From Myxococcota bacterium (GTDB taxonomy: Bacteria; Myxococcota_A; UBA796; UBA2385), in assembly GCA_942491145.1 (NCBI GenBank), contig CALOBC010000001.1, forward strand, positions 215,318-279,317: 64,000 nt of DNA, given 5' to 3'. Made by a program: the position numbers and the translations under genes. This document shows positions 1-8,944 of the stretch, one piece after another. Positions within the stretch are counted from its first letter, which is position 1, and each line of letters starts with the position of its first letter. Below the pieces are notes generated by a model that saw nothing but the letters and a program-made list of their open reading frames with translations, ran no database searches and was not told the DNA's origin.

Positions 1-1843
1 CGATCTGCCCGAGGACATCCTTGTCGTCGGGACCGCCGGCCACATTGACCACGGCAAGACCTCGCTGGTACGGGCGCTCACCGGCGTCGACCTCGATCGG
101 CTGCCCGAAGAACAACTGCGGGGCATCACCATTGCCCTCGGCTTCACCCGCCTTGTGCTGCCCTCCGGCCGGGTGGCCTCCCTCATCGATGTGCCCGGCC
201 ACGAGCGGCTGGTGCGGACCATGATCAGTGGCGCGACGGGCCTGGACGCCGTTGTGCTCTGCGTCAGCGCGGTCGAGGGGGTCATGCCCCAGACTCGCGA
301 ACACCTCGCCATTCTTGAGCTGCTCGGCGTGCGCCAAGGCCTCGTGGCGCTGACCATGACCGATCTGGTGGACGAGGAGATGCTGGAGCTGGCGGCCATG
401 GACGTCGAAGAAGCCGTGGAAGGCACCTTTCTCGACGGGGCGCCGGTCCTGCACACCGCCGCGGGCCCCACGCCTGCTGGCATCGAGGCGCTGATCGCGG
501 CCCTCGACGCCCTCAAACCCCCAAAGCGGGTCGCTTCAGGGTCCCTGCGCTTGCCCATTGACCGGACATTTGTGCAGCGGGGCTTCGGCACCGTCGTGAC
601 GGGAACTCTCCGCTCGGGAAGCATCCAAGATGGCGATGATGTCGTCGTTCTCCCCGAGGGGTTGAAGACGCGGGTGCGGGGCCTGCAGGTCCACGGCCAC
701 CCCGTCGCCCAGAGCCGGGCTGGACTGCGCACCGCTCTGAACCTCGCCGGCATCGAGCGAGACGACCTGCACCGCGGCATGGTCGTGACCCACGCCGACC
801 ATCCGCCCGTGGCCCAGGTGCTCGACGTGGAGCTGCGCCTGCTCGCCGACGCCCCTCCCCTGCCCGCCCGCACCCGCGTGCGCCTGCTGCTCGGCACTGC
901 CGAGGTCATGGCCGTGGTCGCGCCCATTGCCGACTGTGCAGGCCCCCCGGCGCCCACCACCGAGCTCGCCCCCGGCAGCCGCGCATGGGTCCAGCTCCGC
1001 ACCGATGCGCCGTTGGTGGCCATGCCCGGCGACCGCTTTGTGGTCCGGCGCGAGTCCCCCCTCCAGACCCTCGGGGGCGGCATCGTCCTCGACCCTTGGG
1101 CACCTCGGTTTCGAGCCCGCAACGTCGTTCGCGCATCCGCCCACCTAAAGCGACTCCAAGATGGCGATCGCACCGTGCTTCTGGAGCGTGCCGGCGACGC
1201 GGGGCTCTCCCCGCTGCGGTGTGCCCAGCTGGGCATTGAGGGTGGCATCCCACTCGGCGAAAACCTCGTCCACCACACCCGTGTGGACCGGCTCCAGCGC
1301 ACCCTCGCAGCGGCCCTCGACGGCTGGCACCGCAGCAACCCGCTGGCCCCGGGGGTTCCCCGCCGCGACCTCCACCACCGAGCCCTGCCCCACTTGGACC
1401 AGCGGGCCTTTGACGTGCTGGTCCAGCGCATGGCCGACACTGGGGGGGTTGTGCTGGAGGGCCCGCGCCTGCGACACCCCGACTTCTCGGTCCAGCTCTC
1501 GCCCGCCGATGGAGCGCTGCTGCGCACGCTGGAGAATGAGCTGTGCGCGGCCGGTCTGGAGGCCCCCCGCTTCGCCGATGTGCTCCCCCGGGGGCCGGAG
1601 CTGGTGGGCCTGCTGCTCCACCGAGAGGTGGCGGTCCGGGTCGGCGACAAGCTTGTCCACGGGCCTGCCCTCGCCCGCATGCGCGACACGGTCTTGGCCT
1701 TCTTGGACACCCACACCCGCATGATGCCGACCGACTTCAAGGACCTGTTCGGCCTCAGCCGTCGGCACGCCATCCCGTTGTTGGAGTGGCTGGATGCGAC
1801 ACGACTGACGGTCCGGGACGGCGACGCCCGCATTCGACGCTGA
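1..1843 (+). CDS. selB: Selenocysteine-specific translation elongation factor SelB (5' partial; frame begins at nt 2)
   Basis: Translation from nt 2 gives ...ILVVGTAGHIDHGKTSLVRALTG...DVPGHERLV... (GTPase G1/G3 motifs), then the SelB domain II-IV / winged-helix tail. The ORF continues off the 5' edge; stop at 1843. Confidence 0.88.
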   Translation, partial: DLPEDILVVGTAGHIDHGKTSLVRALTGVDLDRLPEEQLRGITIALGFTRLVLPSGRVASLIDVPGHERLVRTMISGATGLDAVVLCVSAVEGVMPQTREHLAILELLGVRQGLVALTMTDLVDEEMLELAAMDVEEAVEGTFLDGAPVLHTAAGPTPAGIEALIAALDALKPPKRVASGSLRLPIDRTFVQRGFGTVVTGTLRSGSIQDGDDVVVLPEGLKTRVRGLQVHGHPVAQSRAGLRTALNLAGIERDDLHRGMVVTHADHPPVAQVLDVELRLLADAPPLPARTRVRLLLGTAEVMAVVAPIADCAGPPAPTTELAPGSRAWVQLRTDAPLVAMPGDRFVVRRESPLQTLGGGIVLDPWAPRFRARNVVRASAHLKRLQDGDRTVLLERAGDAGLSPLRCAQLGIEGGIPLGENLVHHTRVDRLQRTLAAALDGWHRSNPLAPGVPRRDLHHRALPHLDQRAFDVLVQRMADTGGVVLEGPRLRHPDFSVQLSPADGALLRTLENELCAAGLEAPRFADVLPRGPELVGLLLHREVAVRVGDKLVHGPALARMRDTVLAFLDTHTRMMPTDFKDLFGLSRRHAIPLLEWLDATRLTVRDGDARIRR

Positions 1844-2066
1844 GCGGGACCGGCCGCGCGCGGGATTGGCTCCTGGCCTCAACGCTTGCGCCACGGGTGC
1901 GCCCCCACCGGAGCCGCCCGGGCACAATGGCCCGCCTGTCGCCACCCCCGACCATCCACCCCGCGCAACGCTGCACATTGTCTTTGCACTGGGTTGTGTG
2001 TGCCCCCAACCCAATCGGGAGCGACGGTTCGCGTCTGCTACCCTGGCCGGCCGGTGGAGGACCCTG

Positions 2067-3227
2067 ATGTTCCGACCTCGCTTCGCGACCCCCCGCACTG
2101 TCCGCGCTCCTCTGCGGGCATGGGTGCTGGCCGCACTTGCGACAATACCCATTGCTGCGCCGTCGTCGGCACTTGCAGCGCCCGACCCTGCGCCAGTCCA
2201 GGACGGTGCGCCTCAGGGCGTCTTGCGCATCAGCGCGTCCGTTCCCGGCGCCACCGTGTGGATCGATGACCAGGACGTCGGGCCGGCCCCGGTGACCCGC
2301 TACATCGCGCCCGGACCGCACCAAGTGCGTGTGGCTGCCGACAACCACAACCCGTTTGTTCGCCGAGTGGATGTGGAACCGGACCGCACGGTCACGCTCA
2401 GCGCGAACCTGCTCAAGGGCACGGGCACCGTCGAGTTTGGCACCCCCTCGCCAGGCGCCACGGTCGAGCTTGAGGGCGGCCAAGAGTCGCCGCTGCCCGT
2501 GCGTCTCACCAGCATCGGCCCCGGCACCTACCGCTACACGATCCGAGCGCCCGGGTTTGAGCCGCTGGAGGGCGAATTCACCTTCGCCGCCGGCAAGAAC
2601 ATCTACCTGTTCAAAGAGCTCGAAAAGAGCGCCGGCCTGCTCGTTGTGGATGCCCGTCCCGACGGTGCTTCCGTCGAGCTGGACGGCACGACGGTCGGCA
2701 CCAGCCCTCTGCGCCAGGAGGGGTTGCCCCCAGGCCCCCACCTCATCACGGTGCGCCACCCCGACCACCCCACGGTCTACAAGGTGGTCGATACCAGCGA
2801 CGGCTCCAAGGCTGCGGTCGGCGGTCGACTGCCCGAGAAGGGCGGCACAGTCACCATCCGCACCGGAAGTGCCGCCGGTCAGGTCTCGATGGCCGGCACG
2901 GTGTTGGGCACGGGGCGCAAGGTGGTCCTCAAGGACGTCGCCCGCGGTCGCTACCCGGTCGAGGTCATGCGCCCCGAGTTCAAGCCCGCCGTCGCGCGGG
3001 TGGTGTCCCCACCGCAGGGACGCCGCACGTACAAGCTCGACCCCGTCACCGAAGGGGAGCGCGGAAACAGCGCACTCATCGAGCTTCCCCCCTGGTATGC
3101 CCGCTGGCAGGTCTGGACGGTGGCCGGTGTGGGCGTCGCCGCTGGTGTGACCGCCACCACGCTCATCATCCTGGCCAACCAGCCCGAGCCCATCCCCGAC
3201 GGCGACGTCACCGTCTCCTTGCCCTGA
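2067..3227 (+). CDS. Secreted PEGA-domain protein
   Basis: The internal Met at about 2067 starts a signal peptide (MFRPRFATPRTVRAPLRAWVLAALATIPIAAPSSALAAP). Repeated PEGA-like modules follow (VLRISASVPGATVWIDDQDVG..., GLLVVDARPDGASVELDGTTVG..., GTVTIRTGSAAGQVSMAG) and a C-terminal TM helix. The 1866 start adds only a non-secretory extension. Confidence 0.7.
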   Translation: MFRPRFATPRTVRAPLRAWVLAALATIPIAAPSSALAAPDPAPVQDGAPQGVLRISASVPGATVWIDDQDVGPAPVTRYIAPGPHQVRVAADNHNPFVRRVDVEPDRTVTLSANLLKGTGTVEFGTPSPGATVELEGGQESPLPVRLTSIGPGTYRYTIRAPGFEPLEGEFTFAAGKNIYLFKELEKSAGLLVVDARPDGASVELDGTTVGTSPLRQEGLPPGPHLITVRHPDHPTVYKVVDTSDGSKAAVGGRLPEKGGTVTIRTGSAAGQVSMAGTVLGTGRKVVLKDVARGRYPVEVMRPEFKPAVARVVSPPQGRRTYKLDPVTEGERGNSALIELPPWYARWQVWTVAGVGVAAGVTATTLIILANQPEPIPDGDVTVSLP

Positions 3228-3237
3228 CGGAGCCCCG

Positions 3238-6200
3238 ATGCGCCGCACCCCGCTCCTTGTCCTCGTCTCCCTCCTCGCCGCCTGCGCTGGCGACGAGGCC
3301 CGCACTGGCATCCAGATCGTCCTGACGGGTGACGCCGCCGCCGTGCGCTCGGTGACCGACACGATCCAGATCATCGTCGATCCCGACACGCCGTGGGAAG
3401 ACACGTCTGCGGCCAACGCCCCCTACGGCGCGTCCTTCGAGAATGCCCACCCCGAAGACGATGACCTGGAATTGGTGATCCGGATCGATCCCGGATCTTC
3501 GGGCGATCTGCCGGTCGTGGAGATCGCGCAGGGCAGCACCAACACGGCATTCACGGTCGAAGCACGGGGCTTCTTGGGCAGTGCATGGACCGTGGGCTCC
3601 GAGGTCGAGGGGCCGCTGTCCTTCAAGTCTGGCTCGGTGACGTCCCACAACCTGGCCATGGCGCTCCTCGACGCCCCCATCACCCCTTGCAACGACGGCC
3701 TGGACAACGACGAAGACGGCTACGTCGACGCGGCTGACCCGGACTGCACGGGCGCCGATGAAGAGCTGGGCTTCGGCAGCACCCAGTGCAATGACGGCGA
3801 AGACAATGACTCCGATGGCCTCATCGACATCGACGATCCCCAGTGCGACGATGCCCTCGACGATGTTGAGGTCTCCGCCTGCACGAACGAAGAAGACGAT
3901 GACGGGGACGGCTGGGTCGACGGCGACGACCCGGACTGTGCCGACGGCGAGGACGAGACCGGGTACGGCACCACCGACTGCAACGACGGCATCGACAACG
4001 ACGACGACGGGCTGACGGACCACCGGGACGCCGACTGTGACGACGCCACCGACGACGATGAGGCCTCCCCGCCCTGCGCCAATGGCGAAGACGAGGACGG
4101 CGACGGCTGGGTGGACGAGGACGACCCCGACTGCGCCGATGGCGACGACGAGATCGGCTACGGCGACAGCGAGTGCAACGACGGCGAGGACAACGATCTC
4201 GACGGTCTCATCGACGGCGAAGACCCGGGCTGCTCTGGCGCCCCTGACACGACCGAGTCCAACAACTGCGAGGACGGGCTCGACAACGACGCCGACGGAT
4301 GGACCGACCTGGAAGACCCCGGGTGCGCCGCGCCCACCGATGACGACGAAGGCGGCTTCGGGTCCACCGAGTGCAACGACGGCGTCGACAATGACGCCGA
4401 CGGGGACATCGACCGGGCCGACATTGACTGCGCCAACGCAAGCGACAACGCCGAGGCCGCCCCCTGTGTCGACCTGCTCGACAATGACGGCGACGGCTGG
4501 ATCGACGCGGCAGACCCCGACTGCACATCCGGCGTGGACGAGACCGGCCTGGGCACGACCGAGTGCAACGACGGCCTCGACAATGACAGCGACGGCGACA
4601 TCGACGCCGCCGACACCACGTGCACGGACGCCCTCGACAACCAAGAGGCCGACCCCTGCGACAACGGCGAAGACGAGGACCTCGACGGCTGGATCGACAG
4701 CGACGACCCGGACTGCGCCACCTTCGGCGAGGAAGTGGGCTTCGGCACCGACGTCTGCAATGACGGCATCGACAACGACGGCGACGGCACCATCGACGCC
4801 AGCGACCGCGGCTGCACCCGGGCAACCCGCGGCACGGAGCGCACCGACTGCCAAGACGGCGTGGACGACGACGGGGACGGCTGGATTGACGAGGACGACC
4901 CGGACTGTGCGGGCACCGGCAGCGAAGCGGCAGGCGGCTTCGGCACCACCGAGTGCAACGACGGCATCGACAATGACACGGATGGCGACATCGACGCCGA
5001 TGATGCCGACTGCATCGATGCCACAGACAACTACGAAGAGACCTACGACTGCCTGGACGGCATCGACAACGACGGCGACGGCTGGACCGACACCGACGAT
5101 CCCGAGTGCGCCAGCTCACCGCTGACCGGGTCCGAGGTGTCGACCACCAGCGCGTACGAGTGCAATGACGGCGCAGACAATGACGGGGACGGGCGCACCG
5201 ATGCGGCCGACCCGGGCTGTGTGAACGGGCTCGACAACCTCGAGACCACCGACTGCTCCGATTTGCTCGACAATGACGGCGACGGCTGGACCGACGCCGA
5301 CGACCCCGACTGCGCGGGCGACGGCATCAGCGAGTCCGGCACCAGCACCTTCGCGTGCAACGACGGCGCCGACAACGACGCCGACGGCGACACAGACAGC
5401 GACGATGCCGACTGCGACGATGGCTTCGACATCAACGAAGAAGCCACGCTCGATGAGTGCAGCGACGGTGCCGACAACGACGGCGACGGCTGGCGGGACG
5501 ACGAAGACGCTGACTGCCAGCTTGGATCCGCGGAGGATGGCGCCGCAGATGGTGCCGAGTGCTCCGATGGCGTCGACAATGACGGCGACGGGGATGTGGA
5601 TGCTGACGACGCCGAGTGCGACGACGGCAGCGACGCCGACGAAGCCGCCAACGACTGCGAAGACGGGCTCGACGGCGATGGCGACGGGTGGACCGACGAT
5701 GCGGATCCCGACTGCGCGTCCGGCACCGCTGAGGTTGGCTACGGCACGACCCAATGCAACGACGGCGCCGACAACGACGCTGACCTCACCGTTGACAGCG
5801 CCGACTCGGGGTGTGACTCCGCCGAAGATGACGTGGAGGACGACTCGGCGGACGACTGCGAGAATGGCGCCGACGACGACGGCGACGGCTGGATCGACGC
5901 CGCAGATCTGGACTGCCAGACCGACGGCGACGAGCTGACCGTCACGGCGCTGGAGTGCAATGACGGGCTCGACAACGACGGCGACGGCGATGTGGACGCC
6001 GACGACGAGCACTGCCGTGTCTCATGGGACGACGACGAGAGCAGCCCCCTGGCGAGCTGTGTTGATGGCGAAGACAACGACCACGACGGCTGGGTCGACA
6101 GCGACGATCCAGACTGCACCCTGTTTGGGGACGAGTCCGGCCTGTGGACCACCGAGTGCAACGACGGGGACGACAACGACAGCGACGGCGACACCGATGC

Positions 6201-7482
6201 GCTGGACGCCGACTGTGATGACGGCTTCGACGATGACGAAGCAGCAGCAGCCGCGGACTGTGTGGACGGCACTGACAACGACAGCGATGGCTGGGTGGAC
6301 GGGGACGACCCGGACTGTGCCTTTGGCGGGTCCGAGACCGCGACAGACGCACGCTTTGAGTGCAATGACGGCGTCGACAACGACGTGGATGGCGACATCG
6401 ACGCGGATGACGCCTCGTGTGCATCGGCCTGGGACAGCGACGAGACCAACCTCAGCGGTGACTGCACCAACGGCACCGACGACGACGCGGACGGGTGGAT
6501 CGACGGGGAAGACCCAGACTGTGCCCTGTTCGGCGTTGAGCTTGGCTTCACGCTCATGGACTGCAACGACGCGACCGACAACGACGCGGACGGCCACATC
6601 GACGCCGACGACCCAGGCTGCGTCGACGCGTGGGACCCTACCGAGAACGACCCGGCGGCGACCTGTGGCGACGGCTTGGACAATGACGCGGACAGCTGGA
6701 CAGACCTCGACGACCCGGACTGTGTGGTCGCCACCGCCGAGTCGGGCATCGGAAACGCCGACTGCAACGACGGCATCGACAATGATGGTGACGGCAACAT
6801 CGACGCCGACGATCTGGACTGCGACGGTGCCTGGGACAACGTCGAAGAGGGCCCAGACGACACCGACTGCACCGACGGCGCGGACAATGACAGCGACGGC
6901 TGGATCGACGCGGAGGACCCGGAGTGTGGTGGGGGGGACACCGAGGACGGCCTGAGCGCCTACGCCTGCAACAACGGCACCGACGATGACAGCGACACGC
7001 TGACCGACGCCGACGATCCCGGCTGTGACTCGGCCTTTGACGGCGATGAGACCCACGCCACCGAGTGTGAGGACGAGATCGACAACGACGGTGACGGCTG
7101 GATCGACGTGGAGGATGCAGCGTGCACCACCACCACGGACCTCTACGAAGACGATGGGTATGGCGCGGGCACCGCGTGCAACGACAGCACGGACAACGAC
7201 AGCGACGGCTTGGTGGACGCGGCGGACCCTGGCTGCGAGGATGCCGCCGACACCGACGAGGTCGACCCCAGCACCCAGTGCAACGACGGCATCGACAACG
7301 ACAGCGACGGCTGGACCGATCTGCACGACCCGGTGTGCACCAGCATTGCTGTGTTGTTGGAGAACGACGGCTTCAGTGGCACAGCCCAGTGCAATGATGG
7401 CACGGACAATGACGTCGACGGCGACGTGGATGCCGACGACTCGGGCTGCTCCAGCGCAACGGACACCACCGAGGGCGGCTAG
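3238..7482 (+). CDS. Giant hyper-acidic Cys/Asp-rich tandem-repeat lipoprotein (about 44 DxDxDG calcium-binding-like motifs)
   Basis: GGAG lies 8 nt upstream of the ATG. Lipoprotein signal MRRTPLLVLVSLLAACAG. About 22 double modules alternate CxNGEDEDGDGWVDxDDPDCA with GYGTTxCNDGxDNDxDGxIDxxDxxC. It is 1414 aa with essentially no basic residues. Confidence 0.8.
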   Translation: MRRTPLLVLVSLLAACAGDEARTGIQIVLTGDAAAVRSVTDTIQIIVDPDTPWEDTSAANAPYGASFENAHPEDDDLELVIRIDPGSSGDLPVVEIAQGSTNTAFTVEARGFLGSAWTVGSEVEGPLSFKSGSVTSHNLAMALLDAPITPCNDGLDNDEDGYVDAADPDCTGADEELGFGSTQCNDGEDNDSDGLIDIDDPQCDDALDDVEVSACTNEEDDDGDGWVDGDDPDCADGEDETGYGTTDCNDGIDNDDDGLTDHRDADCDDATDDDEASPPCANGEDEDGDGWVDEDDPDCADGDDEIGYGDSECNDGEDNDLDGLIDGEDPGCSGAPDTTESNNCEDGLDNDADGWTDLEDPGCAAPTDDDEGGFGSTECNDGVDNDADGDIDRADIDCANASDNAEAAPCVDLLDNDGDGWIDAADPDCTSGVDETGLGTTECNDGLDNDSDGDIDAADTTCTDALDNQEADPCDNGEDEDLDGWIDSDDPDCATFGEEVGFGTDVCNDGIDNDGDGTIDASDRGCTRATRGTERTDCQDGVDDDGDGWIDEDDPDCAGTGSEAAGGFGTTECNDGIDNDTDGDIDADDADCIDATDNYEETYDCLDGIDNDGDGWTDTDDPECASSPLTGSEVSTTSAYECNDGADNDGDGRTDAADPGCVNGLDNLETTDCSDLLDNDGDGWTDADDPDCAGDGISESGTSTFACNDGADNDADGDTDSDDADCDDGFDINEEATLDECSDGADNDGDGWRDDEDADCQLGSAEDGAADGAECSDGVDNDGDGDVDADDAECDDGSDADEAANDCEDGLDGDGDGWTDDADPDCASGTAEVGYGTTQCNDGADNDADLTVDSADSGCDSAEDDVEDDSADDCENGADDDGDGWIDAADLDCQTDGDELTVTALECNDGLDNDGDGDVDADDEHCRVSWDDDESSPLASCVDGEDNDHDGWVDSDDPDCTLFGDESGLWTTECNDGDDNDSDGDTDALDADCDDGFDDDEAAAAADCVDGTDNDSDGWVDGDDPDCAFGGSETATDARFECNDGVDNDVDGDIDADDASCASAWDSDETNLSGDCTNGTDDDADGWIDGEDPDCALFGVELGFTLMDCNDATDNDADGHIDADDPGCVDAWDPTENDPAATCGDGLDNDADSWTDLDDPDCVVATAESGIGNADCNDGIDNDGDGNIDADDLDCDGAWDNVEEGPDDTDCTDGADNDSDGWIDAEDPECGGGDTEDGLSAYACNNGTDDDSDTLTDADDPGCDSAFDGDETHATECEDEIDNDGDGWIDVEDAACTTTTDLYEDDGYGAGTACNDSTDNDSDGLVDAADPGCEDAADTDEVDPSTQCNDGIDNDSDGWTDLHDPVCTSIAVLLENDGFSGTAQCNDGTDNDVDGDVDADDSGCSSATDTTEGG
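3690..7440 (+). repeat. Intragenic tandem repeat, about 186-nt (62-aa) module x about 22, inside the giant lipoprotein gene
   Basis: Periodic recurrence of tgcaacgacggc...gacaacgac...gacggc codon blocks and of the protein motif CNDGxDNDxDG. The opposite strand carries a corresponding series of shadow ORFs. Confidence 0.8.
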
Positions 7483-7978
7483 TTCACGGGCTCGCAAATA
7501 GCGAGCCCATGAACCAGTGCGTTCTTTGCGGGGGCAAGCCCCCGCGCCGCGCCCCAAAGGGCGCTCCCCCCACGGCATCCTCGTGCCGAGGCTGCCTCCG
7601 TCCGGTCGGCGACCGAACGAGTTCAGCACATCGGATGCGCTGAACTCGTTCACGGACTCGCAAATAGCGAGCCCATGAACCAGTGCGTTCTTTGCGGGGG
7701 CAAGCCCCCGCGCCGCGCCCCAAAGGGCGCTCCCCCCACGGGATCCTCGTGCCGAGGCTGCCTCCGTCCGGTCGGCGACCGAACGGGTTCAGCACATCGG
7801 ATGCGCTGAACTCGTTCACGGACTCGCAAATAGCGAGCCCATGAACCAGTGCGTTCTTTGCGGGGGCAAGCCCCCGCGCCGCGCCCCAAAGGGCGCTCCC
7901 CCAGGGCATCCTCGTGCCGAGGCTGCCGCCGTCCGGTCATGGACCGAACGGGTTCAGCACATCGGATGCGCTGAACTA
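7482..7978. repeat. Three tandem copies of a 166-bp intergenic unit containing several nested hairpins
   Basis: The unit gttcacggRctcgcaaatagcgagcccatgaaccagtgcgttctttgcgggggcaagcccccgcgccgcgccccaaagggcgc...cctcgtgccgagg...gttcagcacatcggatgcgctgaac recurs at 7482, 7648 and 7814. There are only about 3 SNPs between copies 1 and 2; the third copy diverges at its 3' end. Each unit holds 5 or more perfect inverted repeats (ctcgc/gcgag, gcggggg/cccccgc, gcgccc/gggcgc, cctcg/cgagg, gttcagc/gctgaac). Confidence 0.85.
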
Positions 7979-8015
7979 GCGGGCCGGGCCCACCCGCTCA
8001 AGAACGAGAGAAGCC

Positions 8016-8045
8016 CCCCGACAGTGATGTCGGGGGGCTTGTCGC
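8016..8045. terminator. Strong GC hairpin, candidate bidirectional intrinsic terminator between convergent genes
   Basis: aagccccccgac-agtgat-gtcggggggctt forms a perfect 11-12 bp stem with a 6-nt loop. A T-rich run follows on the minus strand (cttctctcgttctt), about 70 nt past the stop of the minus-strand lipoprotein gene. Confidence 0.45.
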
Positions 8046-8117
8046 GTGAACCGACCGGAAGGAGACCTTCAGGTCAGACACCAGCTCGAGCAGGCCCGAG
8101 CTGGTGCGGCCCCGCCA

Positions 8118-8831
8118 CTAGGGGAGGTCGTAGTAGTCGAACGCGAATGCGTAGTACAGGCCGTACACGTAGTCGCCGGTGCCCTCGTCCTGACCGTAGC
8201 GGAAGGTCCAATCCCAGGAGTAGTACGGGAAGCCGTCGTACTCGTAGTCGTAGACCGTCGCATATGCGATGGCGTACCACTGAGCGTAGTCGGCGAAGTA
8301 GTACATGGAGACCGAGCCGTAGTCCGGATGGTCCGGCATCCAGGCCCAGCTACCACCGCCATCAGGCAGGCCGCAGCTGGAGTAGGTCCACTCGGGGTTC
8401 TCAGCCGTCTCGAAGTCCAAGGTCCGCTCGACGTCGAGACCGAATGCGCAGTCTTCGCAGAGTGTGGCGACGGTCTCGTAGCCAATGAGGTTGAAGGGGT
8501 CGAGGCAGGTGAACGCGCCGGCATCGGCATCGTAGGGACCGATGTAGGCGTTGCCCGTGAGCACGTTGACGTCGATGTCGCCGCCCGTGCCGCCACCGTC
8601 GCCACCGCCGTCGCCACCGTCGGCGCCGTCGGCGCCGTCGGCGCCGTCGGCGCCGTCGGCGCCGTCGGCGCCGTCACCACCGTCACCACCGTCACCGCCG
8701 TCGCTGCCTGGGTCGAAGGTGTTGTCGTCCTTGTCTTCGTCGCTGTCGGAGGTGTCGTCGACACAACCAACCGCGAGCGCGGCGACCGGCAGCATCAGTG
8801 CCAGAATCGATTGAAGCTTCCTCATGTTCAT
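8118..8831 (-). CDS. Lipoprotein with a (GDG/GDA)n acidic low-complexity region and a Tyr/Trp/Asp-rich C-terminal domain
   Basis: GGAGAC RBS upstream. Signal plus lipobox MNMRKLQSILALMLPVAALAVGC. A GDGGDGGDGADGADGADGADGADGADGGDGGGDGGG tract, then an aromatic-rich C-terminus (YYFADYAQWYAIAYATVYDYEYDGFPYYSWDW). Confidence 0.7.
   Translation of the reverse strand: MNMRKLQSILALMLPVAALAVGCVDDTSDSDEDKDDNTFDPGSDGGDGGDGGDGADGADGADGADGADGADGGDGGGDGGGTGGDIDVNVLTGNAYIGPYDADAGAFTCLDPFNLIGYETVATLCEDCAFGLDVERTLDFETAENPEWTYSSCGLPDGGGSWAWMPDHPDYGSVSMYYFADYAQWYAIAYATVYDYEYDGFPYYSWDWTFRYGQDEGTGDYVYGLYYAFAFDYYDLP
8585..8700 (-). repeat. In-frame 9-nt microsatellite (ggcgccgtc)n encoding the (GDA)n tract
   Basis: Six or more perfect tandem copies of ggcgccgtc on the plus strand, flanked by degenerate gccaccgtc copies, inside CDS 8118..8831. 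Confidence 0.8.
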
Positions 8832-8944
8832 GTCTCCGTCCTAAGGTTCAGCAGTCACTATTCCCTGCCATGGGACCCATGTCTACCACGTTGCCACACT
8901 CTCGATCCACGATGGGGAGCCTGCCCCCGTCGAGGATCCGACCG

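Noticed and set aside
3208-7653. Series of minus-strand ORFs (3208..4854, 4158..5030, 5116..6012, 5739..6941, 6022..7653) and small plus-strand ORFs inside the giant repeat gene
   Set aside because: These are shadow ORFs of the repetitive gac/ggc-rich plus-strand gene. Their products are poly-Ser/Ala/Val or poly-Arg strings. Only the plus-strand CNDGxDNDxDG frame has an RBS, a lipobox and a coherent repeat structure.
7484-7940. ORFs 7484..7909(-) and 7650..7940(-) in the tandem-repeat region
   Set aside because: They lie entirely within the 166-bp tandem copies and translate to repeated copies of the same peptide. There is no RBS, and the sequence is better explained as structured non-coding repeat DNA.
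7482-7978. Possible CRISPR array
   Set aside because: The repeats are 166 bp long and directly abutting, with no unique spacers. No cas genes are in the window.
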